Positions 18,401 to 27,516 of a stretch of 64,000 nucleotides of DNA are shown one piece after another (positions within the stretch are counted from its first letter, which is position 1; each line of letters starts with the position of its first letter). The stretch is from an uncultured Gemmatimonadales bacterium (lineage in GTDB: Bacteria; Gemmatimonadota; Gemmatimonadetes; Gemmatimonadales; GWC2-71-9). Both the position numbers and the translations under genes were made by a program. The notes under the pieces were generated by a model, which saw only the letters and a list, made by a program, of their open reading frames with translations, was not told the DNA's origin and did no database searches. The stretch lies in NCBI GenBank assembly GCA_963728915.1, contig CAVSLV010000004.1, forward strand, positions 320,001 through 384,000, read 5' to 3'.

Positions 18401-18762
18401 CCATCGACTTCCAGCGGAGGATCGATCTCGGTCCCGAAGAGCTCCCGGCTCTCGAGCCGTTGAAGATCCGTGACGATCGCCGGACCGGCGAACTGCGCGA
18501 TATCCTTCTTGCCTCGGATACACTCGGAGCCGAAAGTCGCGCGCAGGACCGAGAAGCCCATGGAGAGCGACTGGCCGCCCTTCCCGTTGGATCGAGGCCA
18601 GAGCAGCTCGGCCAGGTGGTCCCGGCGGAAGGCTGGACGCGTCTCCAGGGTCAGATAAATGAGCAAGGCGAGGTGCTTGCGGACCTTGAACCGGACCCGT
18701 CGCCCGAACGGATCGAGCAGCTCCGGAGTCCCCATCACCTTGAGATAGAATGGATCAGCCAT
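15436..18762 (-). CDS. BTAD/SARP-like transcriptional regulator with STAND-type ATPase and C-terminal TPR region
   Basis: N-terminal LALLIYL..RDHLAELLWP and BTAD; FVGR..GESGIGKS Walker A; LIVDD Walker B; AAGNPMALE; helical repeat C-terminus. Confidence 0.88.
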   Translation of the reverse strand: MADPFYLKVMGTPELLDPFGRRVRFKVRKHLALLIYLTLETRPAFRRDHLAELLWPRSNGKGGQSLSMGFSVLRATFGSECIRGKKDIAQFAGPAIVTDLQRLESRELFGTEIDPPLEVDGLLRDFDIIDAPGFQHWLDGKRAEFLPAIKTALAAFIDRARRSGDAGAMTVFAERLLSLDQLADEGIIARMESLALQGDRLGALRLYERWKRDLQNELHAAPSAEVEALAGRLRKRSLALAANPAAAIVEQYGERPFVGRAAEYRVLFEAWETTSRSRSTHVLLTGESGIGKSTLAMRFGSMASFAGAAIARVQCFELEQRIAFGMMGALITELLDRPGVAGTAPESLAEVARIVPKVRERFPHLPPALNTEGEAARLHFAEGTFAMFDAIMEEQPLVLIVDDYPRSDEVSLSVLHLLLRRSENHRLMVILSGRPPSPEDPPQAARIRRAVAHLGVRRIDLPALSEGEAEELLRLIFHEAGKVPGAPQRRAILRTAAGNPMALELLARDWVSHPNAPLALLLTAMRSDFSGAALEAEDYDQFIERIVPSLSPRHRVALYLAVILGPRLNDFQYFRCLDFSQAQIMAALSELVEQRILRSTYQGLEFTNEVMRARVYLKIPATTRVRLHDSVATQLLAAIATGDAIPGLEVAWHCIRAKRRDEAGPFLISGSRQSIASGAPDEAARALASALREFKGDIWQEAALLLAESYHEMGEAKAILETIEELKAVGPTEPRVIELYEELEIDAKSRLGLLAREEETELVRAFIASYRGRTTSGARARAALASARIATKLRDMELCEGLQSVLSRLSEQMEEPRDKAMVLVGEAMAAFQRRDTETCSKAAQTASLILEGAGIRDAMLASLQVGIGVLATADGEYQRAIQPFEYAMTLAGRLGNEGMLSMAASNLAMTHLRLGDHRLQLEWALVARKHRTDRTEPFDRVRSAGLLGLAEAHLGRSEEAQRTIEVIRREAHGCEDWIVRWGLYFVADILWLLDKKKQAFQMALAAGAGQDRPPTLALTGTYARWVALLSDENKDFKRGLQVLTTVRNMNERLDALDRAELHCAIAFLRRKGGGNRKGDLRELQKALAQLPTACGDQLQALGLLGTHR

Positions 18763-18791
18763 TGCTCAGCCTGAGGCCCGGTCTCCGGCAG

Positions 18792-18819
18792 ATACTACCG
18801 GCGGCTCCGAAAGCGTCAA
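18792..18819 (-). promoter_or_regulatory. Putative sigma70 promoter of the BTAD-STAND gene
   Basis: Minus strand TTGACG-N16-TAGTAT, about 30 nt upstream of ATG. Confidence 0.55.
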
Positions 18820-18909
18820 ACGTCCCCCAGATCTACGGGAAATTCTTTTGAGAATTGTGTCGGGGTTTCTTCGGGAGCCGCCAGGAGCCCTGATGCGAAA
18901 AGCGCTAGC

Positions 18910-19917
<1,008 letters not shown>

Positions 19918-20001
19918 GAGGTGTGAGGGGTGAGGGGTGAGGAGGGATGAGAGGCAAGGAGAGTAGGGGGAAAAGGGGGTCCGGGGAAGGGTCCGGTTTG
20001 C

Positions 20002-20030
20002 TTGCTAAATTTTTCACAAAGTCCTAAATT
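20002..20030 (+). promoter_or_regulatory. atp operon promoter overlapped by a Rex-like operator
   Basis: TTGCTA-N17-TAAATT; 20002-20019 TTGCTAAATTTTTCACAA vs Rex consensus TTGTGAAnnnnTTCACAA. Confidence 0.6.
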
Positions 20031-20039
20031 CCACTCCGA

Positions 20040-20282
20040 ATGGTCCAGGAAAACAGGGAACAGGAGCTGGGCCAGGGGTACAAATACCTGGCCATGGGGC
20101 TCCGTTTCGCGGGCGGGATCGTGGTCTTCCTGTTCGCCGGGTTTTTCCTTGATCGGAAGCTCCACACGACCCCCCTGTTCCTGCTGATCGGCACGGTCGG
20201 TGGCGCGGTGCTGGCCTTCATCAGCATCTATCGCGAGCTGACCGCGGAAGAAAAAGCCAAACGGAAAGACGGAGAGCGATGA
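20040..20282 (+). CDS. AtpZ/AtpI family protein (ATP synthase gene 1)
   Basis: Two TM helices, GFFLDRKLHTTPLFLLIG; first gene of the atp cluster. Confidence 0.85.
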   Translation: MVQENREQELGQGYKYLAMGLRFAGGIVVFLFAGFFLDRKLHTTPLFLLIGTVGGAVLAFISIYRELTAEEKAKRKDGER

Positions 20283-20635
20283 AGCTCACCGGGTTTGCCG
20301 GAGTCCTGCTCTCGGCGGTCATCGCGGGAATCGCGTGGAGGTTGTGGGGTGAGGCGGCAGGCATCGCTGCCCTGATCTTCGGCCTGGTGGCTACCGCGAT
20401 TCAGGTCGGCGCCCTCGCGATCATGGCGCCGGCGCGGAACCCACGGACCTCCGCGGCGCTGCCGAAATTCATGGCGCGGTGGGGGGTCGGGATGGGACTC
20501 CGGATGCTCGGCGTGGTGGCCCTGGCGGTAGCGGCCGCGGTGGACCGGACGCATTTTCCCGCGATTCCCGTCGCGCTCGGATTCCTGGGGGTGTTGCTGC
20601 CCCTGCTCGCTTTGGAGGTCAGGCTGGTCCGATGA
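20279..20635 (+). CDS. ATP synthase protein I-like 4-TM protein
   Basis: Four TM helices; coupled between gene 1 and atpB. Confidence 0.65.
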   Translation: MKLTGFAGVLLSAVIAGIAWRLWGEAAGIAALIFGLVATAIQVGALAIMAPARNPRTSAALPKFMARWGVGMGLRMLGVVALAVAAAVDRTHFPAIPVALGFLGVLLPLLALEVRLVR

Positions 20636-21489
20636 TCCAGGAACCCATCGACGTCGGGGAAGTCGTCCTCCATCACACGGCGGACGCGTACTCGCTCGAC
20701 TTCTATCCGTTCGGCAGAATCGCCTGGCACAAGTGGCCGGACCTCCACCTGGGCGGACTGACGATCAATTTGACCCCGACCAAGCACGTGGTGTTCCTGG
20801 TCATCGCCGCCATTCTGGTGTTCGTCACCATGAAGGCGGCGGGATGGGCGCTGGCGCGGCAGCGGGCGGGGCAGATGGCGCCGAAGGGCTTTGCCGCGGC
20901 GATGGAAGGGCTGGTGCTCTGGGTCCGGAACGACATCGCGATCGCCAATATCGGTCACGACGGCGCCAAGTTCGCGCCCCTGGTCATGACCTTTTTCTTC
21001 TTCATTCTGTACTCCAATCTTCTTGGGCTCCTGCCCTGGGGCGCGACCCCGAGCGGGAACCTGGCGGTGACCGGGGCGCTCGCGATCATCGCGTTTGTCA
21101 CCATCGAAATCGGTGGTTTCCTGAAACTCGGCGCCAAAGGCTATTTCCGCACGATCTTCCCCAAGATCGAAGGCCTGGGCGGCGCCGGGGGCGTGGCCAT
21201 GTCGGTGGCGATGGCCCCGATGGAAATCATCGGCAAGCTGGTGAAGCCGTTCGCGTTGGCGGTCCGGTTGTTCGGCAACATGACCGCGGGGCATTTCGTG
21301 ATCCTGTCCCTGTTCGGGATCGTATTTCTGTTCGGGCATCTCGGAGTGTGGAGCTACGGCATCGCCGGCACGACGGTGGTGCTGGTGGTGGGCGTGATGA
21401 TGCTGGAGCTGTTCGTGGGGTTCCTTCAGGCCTATGTGTTCGCGCTCCTGACGGCGGTGTTCATCGGCTTGATGCAGCACGAGCATTAG
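20632..21489 (+). CDS. atpB: F0F1 ATP synthase subunit a
   Basis: SNLLGLLP, KPFALAVRLFGNMTAGH, ELFVGFLQAYVF; ATG at 20632 overlaps upstream stop. Confidence 0.97.
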   Translation: MIQEPIDVGEVVLHHTADAYSLDFYPFGRIAWHKWPDLHLGGLTINLTPTKHVVFLVIAAILVFVTMKAAGWALARQRAGQMAPKGFAAAMEGLVLWVRNDIAIANIGHDGAKFAPLVMTFFFFILYSNLLGLLPWGATPSGNLAVTGALAIIAFVTIEIGGFLKLGAKGYFRTIFPKIEGLGGAGGVAMSVAMAPMEIIGKLVKPFALAVRLFGNMTAGHFVILSLFGIVFLFGHLGVWSYGIAGTTVVLVVGVMMLELFVGFLQAYVFALLTAVFIGLMQHEH

Positions 21490-21640
21490 CAGTTCGTACC
21501 CGGTCGAGCGACCGGCGAAATCCGCTGGCCTTTGGGCCGATGGCGGATCACCAAGGCAAGGGAATCGGCTGGAGAGACGATCCCGCGCCCGGGCGGCACT
21601 GACGACCTTCGACTCTCCGTGACACACGAGGAACGCTGAT

Positions 21641-21919
21641 ATGCTGAACATGCTGGCACTGCTCCAGGTGATTCCCGAAGCCGTCGAAGCCGCCAAGAAC
21701 ACCAACGCCCTGCTGGGCGCGGGGATCGGGATCGGGCTCGCGGTGGTCGGCGCGGGGATCGGTCTGGGCCGGATCGGGGGCCAGGCGGCCGAGGCGATCG
21801 CGCGGCAGCCGGAAGCGAGCGGTGAGATCCGAGGGGCGGCGCTGCTCTTCGCGGTGCTGCTCGAGGGCGTCACGATCATCGCGCTGGTCTTCGCCCTGCT
21901 CTTCAAGCTGATTCGCTAG
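21641..21919 (+). CDS. atpE: F0F1 ATP synthase subunit c
   Basis: GAGIGLG, ARQPE loop, conserved Glu in LLEGV. Confidence 0.97.
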   Translation: MLNMLALLQVIPEAVEAAKNTNALLGAGIGIGLAVVGAGIGLGRIGGQAAEAIARQPEASGEIRGAALLFAVLLEGVTIIALVFALLFKLIR

Positions 21920-21947
21920 GCGCCGGGCCAGGGACCGGGAGACTCTC

Positions 21948-22502
21948 ATGATCCACACTGTTCTCTTCCTGTTGCAGGAAGAAGGGGCGCACGCCGCGGA
22001 AGCGGGGCCCGCCTCGCCGTTCGAGGTGAACTTCGGGCTCTTCTTCTGGACCTGGGTCGTCTTCCTGTTGCTGCTCTGGATCCTCTGGAAGTTCGCCTGG
22101 CCCGGCATTCTCAAGGCCACCGAGGAGCGGGAGCGGAAGATCCGGGGCGATCTGGCCGAGGCGGAGCGGGCCAACACCGAAGCCAAGGCGGTACTCGAGG
22201 ATGCGATCAAACGGGAGATGGAAGCCCGCAACGCAGCCCAGCACCTCCTTGCCGAAGCGAAGGCCGCGGTGGAGAAGGAGCGGGCCGCCGCGGTGGACAA
22301 GGTTCGCCAGGAGCAGGAGGCGATCATGGCGCGTACCCGGCTCGACATCGCCACCGAGCGGGACAAGGCGATCGCCGAGCTGCGGCGGGAAGCCGTGGAC
22401 CTCGCGCTCGGGGCCGCGTCCAAGGTGATCGGTCAGCGGCTGGACAGCGAGACGGACAAGAGGATCGTGATGGACTATCTGGCCAAGGTGGATACCGCGT
22501 GA
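21948..22502 (+). CDS. atpF: F0F1 ATP synthase subunit b
   Basis: FFWTWVVFLLLLWILWKFAWP TM helix, ERERKI, coiled coil. Confidence 0.95.
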   Translation: MIHTVLFLLQEEGAHAAEAGPASPFEVNFGLFFWTWVVFLLLLWILWKFAWPGILKATEERERKIRGDLAEAERANTEAKAVLEDAIKREMEARNAAQHLLAEAKAAVEKERAAAVDKVRQEQEAIMARTRLDIATERDKAIAELRREAVDLALGAASKVIGQRLDSETDKRIVMDYLAKVDTA

Positions 22503-23035
22503 GAGCCGCCACCATCGCGCGGAACTACGCCGAGGCGCTGTTCGCGCTGGGGGAGAAGAGCGGCCAGACCGAGCGGTATGCCGATCTGGTGGAGGCGCTG
22601 GCCGCGGCGATCGAGGCCTCGCCGAAAGTCGAGGCGGTGCTCATGTCGCCCAAGATCACCCGGGCGGCCAAGGCGGACCTGCTGACCCGGGCGGTGGCGG
22701 GCGCGCCCCGGGACTTCGTGCTGTTCATTCAGGCGGTGGTGAAGCGGGGCCGGCAGCTTCTTCTGGGGGAGATCGCCACGCAGTACGCCGGCTTGCTCGA
22801 CGTCAAGTTCAACCGGATCCGCGCCGGCATCACGCTGGCGCGGGAGCCCGACGCGGCCCTGCGGACCCAGATCGCGGCGGCGCTTTCGAAGGCGGTGGGC
22901 AAGGAGGTCGTTGCGGGTTATGCGGTCGACCCCGAAATCCTGGGCGGGGCGATCGTGCGGGTGGGCGAGCGGCGGCTGGACGGTTCCCTGCGCCGCCGGC
23001 TGACCCAGCTCCGCCGGCAGCTTCTCACCCGGTAG
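22499..23035 (+). CDS. atpH: F0F1 ATP synthase subunit delta
   Basis: IARNYAEALF, VDPEILGGAIVRVG..DGSL. Confidence 0.95.
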   Translation: MRAATIARNYAEALFALGEKSGQTERYADLVEALAAAIEASPKVEAVLMSPKITRAAKADLLTRAVAGAPRDFVLFIQAVVKRGRQLLLGEIATQYAGLLDVKFNRIRAGITLAREPDAALRTQIAAALSKAVGKEVVAGYAVDPEILGGAIVRVGERRLDGSLRRRLTQLRRQLLTR

Positions 23036-23130
23036 GTTTCCCTTCCTTCCGGCGGCCGGGTTTCCGGTCGCCGATCCGTCCCGGGAGGCCGGGGCTCCCG
23101 TTTCGCCCCCGGTCCGCCGACCTTTCAGCC

Positions 23131-23535
23131 ATGTCCGGTGCGTCCCGTTTCCTTGCCGTGGCTTCTGCCATCCTCCTCGCCGGGTGCGGCGGGGTCACCG
23201 AAGTCAACCAGTTTCCCCAGACGGTCACCGTCAAGTTCGGCGACGAATTTCACGTCGTCGATCCCGATCTCACCGTCCGCTTCGCCGAGGTGGTTCAGGA
23301 TTCGCGCTGTCCGGTCAACGCGGAGTGCGTCCAGGCCGGCTCGGTGACGCTCCGGTTTTCGCTCATCGAGCCGGGCGGGGCGCTCAACACCCTGTTCATC
23401 AGCAGCGACGAGCCGGCGAGCGCATCGCACGGCATCAGTCTGCGCTTGATCAGCGTCGACCCGGTCCCAAGGCTGGGGATGACGACCGATCCCCGGGACT
23501 ATCGGGCCACGGTGGAGGTCACCAGTGCGCCGTAA
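23131..23535 (+). CDS. Hypothetical lipoprotein
   Basis: Lipobox LLAG-C; DSRCPVNAECVQAG motif. Confidence 0.75.
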   Translation: MSGASRFLAVASAILLAGCGGVTEVNQFPQTVTVKFGDEFHVVDPDLTVRFAEVVQDSRCPVNAECVQAGSVTLRFSLIEPGGALNTLFISSDEPASASHGISLRLISVDPVPRLGMTTDPRDYRATVEVTSAP

Positions 23536-24535
23536 CGATCCGCGACTGGGGGCGTTGCTGCTCGGGTCCTTGCTGGTGCAGGGAAGGGTGAGCGCCCAGG
23601 AGCTTCCCAGCGGCCTGGTGGAGCGTCCGGTGATCGTTCCCGGGCCGGTGCCCCTCCCGGGCACGCTGACCCTCCCCGCCGGCAAGGGTCCGTTTCCCGG
23701 GCTCATCATTGTGCATGGGTCGGGCTCCGGGGACCGCGATCTCACCATGGGCGAGGTCCCGCCGTTCAACCAGATCAAGCCCTATCGCGACCTCGCCTGG
23801 GGGCTGGCGCAACGGGGGATCGCAGTGCTGCGCTACGACAAGCGCACCCGGGTGCAGCCGACCTGGTTTCTGGGCAAGACGTTCACCGTCTACGACGAGA
23901 CCGTCGATGACGCGGTGAGCGCGCTCGGGGTGCTGCGCCAGCAACCCGAGGTGCGCGGCGCTCGCACCTACATGATCGGGCATTCCCTGGGCGGCATGGT
24001 GGCGCCCCGCATCGCGGCGGCAGACGGCAAGCTCGCGGGGATCATTCTCATGGCCGGTGCGACCCGGGCGAAGCTGGTGGATCAGATCGACCGTCAGATG
24101 GCCTACATCCAGACCACCCTCAAGGGCGCCGACTCCGCGGCGCTGGTGGCCCAGCGCGCGCAGATCGCCCCGCTGCTCGCCAGGATCCGGCGTGTGACCC
24201 CGGCGGATTCCTCCAGCACGGAGCTGCTGTTCGGCGCTCCGGCCAGGTATTTCCTGGATCTTGCGGGTTATGATCCGGCGATGGCGATGCGGGCGTTCCC
24301 GGGGCCGATCCTCGTACTCCAGGGCCTCCGGGACTATCAGGTGACGCCGGACCAGATGGAGGACTGGGTCGCCACGCTGGGCCCCCGGAAGAACCTGACG
24401 GTCAAACGGTACGACAAGCTGAACCATCTCTTCCTTCCGGGCGAGGGCCCGCCTTCGCCGGCGGACTATTCCCATCCCGGTCACGTCGATCCGCGGGTGA
24501 TCGCCGACATTGCGGAGTGGATCGCCCGGCAGTGA
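23525..24535 (+). CDS. Secreted alpha/beta hydrolase
   Basis: VHGSG..DRD, RYDKR, GHSLG nucleophile elbow, QGLRDYQV, LNHLF. Confidence 0.9.
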   Translation: MRRNDPRLGALLLGSLLVQGRVSAQELPSGLVERPVIVPGPVPLPGTLTLPAGKGPFPGLIIVHGSGSGDRDLTMGEVPPFNQIKPYRDLAWGLAQRGIAVLRYDKRTRVQPTWFLGKTFTVYDETVDDAVSALGVLRQQPEVRGARTYMIGHSLGGMVAPRIAAADGKLAGIILMAGATRAKLVDQIDRQMAYIQTTLKGADSAALVAQRAQIAPLLARIRRVTPADSSSTELLFGAPARYFLDLAGYDPAMAMRAFPGPILVLQGLRDYQVTPDQMEDWVATLGPRKNLTVKRYDKLNHLFLPGEGPPSPADYSHPGHVDPRVIADIAEWIARQ

Positions 24536-27501
24536 TCTGGGCGGCCTTCCTTCTCCATCCGGCCCTCCAGGTTCAGGCGCCCCCGGCGGACTACTGGCAG
24601 CAGAGGCTGGAGTACCAGATCACCGCGCGGCTCGACGAGCCGCGGGGAGTGCTCGGCGGCGGCGAAACGATCCGGTACCACAACAACTCCCCCGACACCC
24701 TTCACACTTTCTCGCTCCACCTCTACCTGAACGCCTTCCGTCCGGGATCGCGCTGGGCCGACGCCGACAGCGCGGAAGGGCGGCGGAGGTTCAACGATCT
24801 CAAGGATCCGGATTTCGGATTCAACCGGATTGCGAATGTGCGGACGGGCGGGCAGGTGCTGACGCCCATCTATCCGTTCGCGCCCGATAGCACGATCGTC
24901 CGATTCGCACTGCCCTTTGCGGTGGCCCCTGGGGATTCCTTTACCGTCTCGCTGGACTGGGAGGCCCGGCCGTCCACGGTGGCGCGCCGGCAGGGGAGGC
25001 GGGGCCGGCATTACGACTTCGCGCAATGGTATCCCCGCGTGGTCGCCTACGACCGCTACGGGTGGGAGGAGCATCCGCTCTATCCCGGCGGCGAGTTCTA
25101 CGGCGATTTCGGCGATTTCCAGGTGACCCTCGACGTGCCGGGGGACCAGGTGGTCGGGGCCACCGGCGTCCCGGTCTGCGGCGACCCGGGCTGGGAGCGG
25201 GCCAATCAGAACCCGGCCCGCCCGGTGGAATACCGGCGCGACGTGTACGGCCCCGTGTTGTGCAGCGGGCTTTCCGAAGCGGGCCGTAAACAGATCGTGT
25301 GGGTCGCGAAGGACGTGCACCACTTCGCGATGTCGATGAGCCCCGACTACCGCTATGAAGGAGGCCGGTTCGGGGATGTGCTGGTCCACGTGCTCTACCA
25401 GCCGGGCGACGGGCGCAGCTGGGGCGGCGGAGTGGCGGTGCGGAATACGGTCGAAGCGCTCCGCTGGCTGGACCAGCGGTTCGGGCCATTCGTCTGGCCC
25501 CAGATCACCAACGTCCACCGGATCGAGGGCGGGGGCACCGAGTTCCCCATGATGGTGATGAACGGGTCCGCCGGGTTGAGCCTCGTCCTCCACGAAACCG
25601 GTCACAACTACCTGATGGGCATCCTCGCCAACAACGAGTGGAAGGAAGGATTCCTCGACGAGGGGTTCACCAGCTTCCAGACCGCCTGGTACGCCGAGAC
25701 CCACGGGGGCCGGAGCAACTACGCAACGCTGGAGCGGAACATGTTGCTCCAGGACCTGGACGGCTGGTCTCAGCCGATCAGCGAGCCAGGCGAGGCCTTC
25801 CGGGATTTCTCGACCTACAACGCGATGACCTACAACCGGGGCGAGCTGTTCTACGATCAGCTCCGCCAGATCGTCGGCGATTCCGTCATGGGGGCGATCC
25901 TCCGGACCTACTACGACCGGTGGAAGCTCAAGCACGTGGACGAGACCGCGTTCCTGGAGACCGCGGAGGCGGTGTCTCACCGGGACCTCAAGACTTTTTT
26001 CGCGCAGTGGCTCCATACCACCGGGCTCTACGATTACGCGATCGGGCGGGTGAGGAGCAGGCGGACAGGCGGGCAGGCGGACGGGTGGACAGGATATCTC
26101 ACCCAGGTGGAGGTGGTGCGGCGGGCGCCCGGAATCTTCCCGGTGACCGTGGTGGTGCGGAGCGACGGTGACTCGGCGGTCGGCCGGGCTCAGGGCATCG
26201 CGGAGCGGGAATGGGTCGAGCTCCGGACCCGGGGCCGGCCCCGGGAGGTCGAAGTGGATCCCTTCACTCGGTCGCACGACTGGAATGTTCTCAACAACCG
26301 GAAGAAACGGGGTCTCCTGGGTTTCCGCACCGCTCCGCGAACCGAGGTGTACCTCGATCGGTACTTCTCGCAGCCCACTCGCCGGGATCGTCTGACCCTG
26401 GGCCTCATGCCCATGGCATGGTACAACGACGAAGGCGGGTTAACGCTCGGCGCCCGGGTCCGCACCGACTATCTCGGCCGATTTCAGCAGAACCGGATCG
26501 CGGTGGGCCTCGAGACCCGCCGGCTCGCCGATGGCGAGTCGAAGCCGGCCAGCGTGTCGGTCCGGCTCGGCAGTCCGGTCGGGCTCTACCAGCCGCGAAC
26601 CACCCAGGTCCTCGAGGGCACCTGGGTGGAGGGCCGAGCCGGGCTGGCAGCGAACGCCGAGCGGGAGCTGAGCCGCCATCGGACCGGCGGGATCCGGAAC
26701 TTCGCGGGCGCCGGCGTTCGGTGGCTGGTCACCACCGACACCTCCTATCTCGATCCCGCCCTTTGGGACGATGGCGGCACGGTGGAGGCCGGCGGGTGGT
26801 GGCGGGGCTCGGATTCCCTGCGAAACTGGAAGCTCGCCTGGCGCGGTTCCCTGGGTGGCGGGATCGAGTATCGCAATCGCGCGCCCGGCGTGGTCACCGA
26901 GGATCGCTACGACGTTCAGCCCTACGGGCGCATCACGGTGGAATTCAGGGCCGGACCATCGGCGCCTCGACCAACCGAGGTGGAGCTTCGGGGATTCGCC
27001 GGCGCGGTGTTTTCGCGGGATCTTCCCCTCAAGCAGCGGCAGCTCTTCGCCGCCGGCGCCGATCCGTATGAGCAGTTCGGGAATCCTTTCGTTCGCAGCC
27101 GCGGGGCGCTTCTGGTGCAGGATGGGGTGCACTACCTGGATCCCGGCGGCGCGGGGGTTCGGGGGCTCTCGCCGGCGGTGAGCGCCACCCGGATCGTCGG
27201 GGTGAATGCCGAGGCGAGCCGAAGGGTGTATTTCCGTCCGCCTGGCCGGCTGATCGGCGAGGTGAGGCTCGCGGTGTTCGGCGACCTGGCGGTCGGCAAT
27301 GGCGACCTGACCCAGGCGGGACACCGGGCCGACCTGGTGGGAGACGCCGGCATCGGGATTCGCCTGCGACACCATATCGGCGATACTTTCTTCACCTCGC
27401 GGCTGGACCTGCCCCTGTACACCAACCGGGAGGATCTCGCCGCGATGGGCCGGGACGGCGCATTCCGGTTCCGCTGGGTGGTTTCCTTCGAAAGACCGTA
27501 A
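24532..27501 (+). CDS. M1 family zinc aminopeptidase with long beta-rich C-terminal extension
   Basis: YWQQ, QWYPR, GGTEFP, HETGH-x18-E (FLDEGF). Confidence 0.88.
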   Translation: MIWAAFLLHPALQVQAPPADYWQQRLEYQITARLDEPRGVLGGGETIRYHNNSPDTLHTFSLHLYLNAFRPGSRWADADSAEGRRRFNDLKDPDFGFNRIANVRTGGQVLTPIYPFAPDSTIVRFALPFAVAPGDSFTVSLDWEARPSTVARRQGRRGRHYDFAQWYPRVVAYDRYGWEEHPLYPGGEFYGDFGDFQVTLDVPGDQVVGATGVPVCGDPGWERANQNPARPVEYRRDVYGPVLCSGLSEAGRKQIVWVAKDVHHFAMSMSPDYRYEGGRFGDVLVHVLYQPGDGRSWGGGVAVRNTVEALRWLDQRFGPFVWPQITNVHRIEGGGTEFPMMVMNGSAGLSLVLHETGHNYLMGILANNEWKEGFLDEGFTSFQTAWYAETHGGRSNYATLERNMLLQDLDGWSQPISEPGEAFRDFSTYNAMTYNRGELFYDQLRQIVGDSVMGAILRTYYDRWKLKHVDETAFLETAEAVSHRDLKTFFAQWLHTTGLYDYAIGRVRSRRTGGQADGWTGYLTQVEVVRRAPGIFPVTVVVRSDGDSAVGRAQGIAEREWVELRTRGRPREVEVDPFTRSHDWNVLNNRKKRGLLGFRTAPRTEVYLDRYFSQPTRRDRLTLGLMPMAWYNDEGGLTLGARVRTDYLGRFQQNRIAVGLETRRLADGESKPASVSVRLGSPVGLYQPRTTQVLEGTWVEGRAGLAANAERELSRHRTGGIRNFAGAGVRWLVTTDTSYLDPALWDDGGTVEAGGWWRGSDSLRNWKLAWRGSLGGGIEYRNRAPGVVTEDRYDVQPYGRITVEFRAGPSAPRPTEVELRGFAGAVFSRDLPLKQRQLFAAGADPYEQFGNPFVRSRGALLVQDGVHYLDPGGAGVRGLSPAVSATRIVGVNAEASRRVYFRPPGRLIGEVRLAVFGDLAVGNGDLTQAGHRADLVGDAGIGIRLRHHIGDTFFTSRLDLPLYTNREDLAAMGRDGAFRFRWVVSFERP

Positions 27502-27516
27502 CAGGAGAACGTCATC

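Noticed and set aside
16744..18774. Long opposite-strand ORFs (also 24481..26277, 31608..33770, 55104..57131, 57481..59421)
   Set aside because: Shadow ORFs expected from high GC; no motifs, and each lies opposite a well-supported gene.
21641..21919. Na+-translocating ATP synthase
   Set aside because: Subunit c has EGV rather than the ES/T plus Gln Na+ signature, consistent with H+ coupling.
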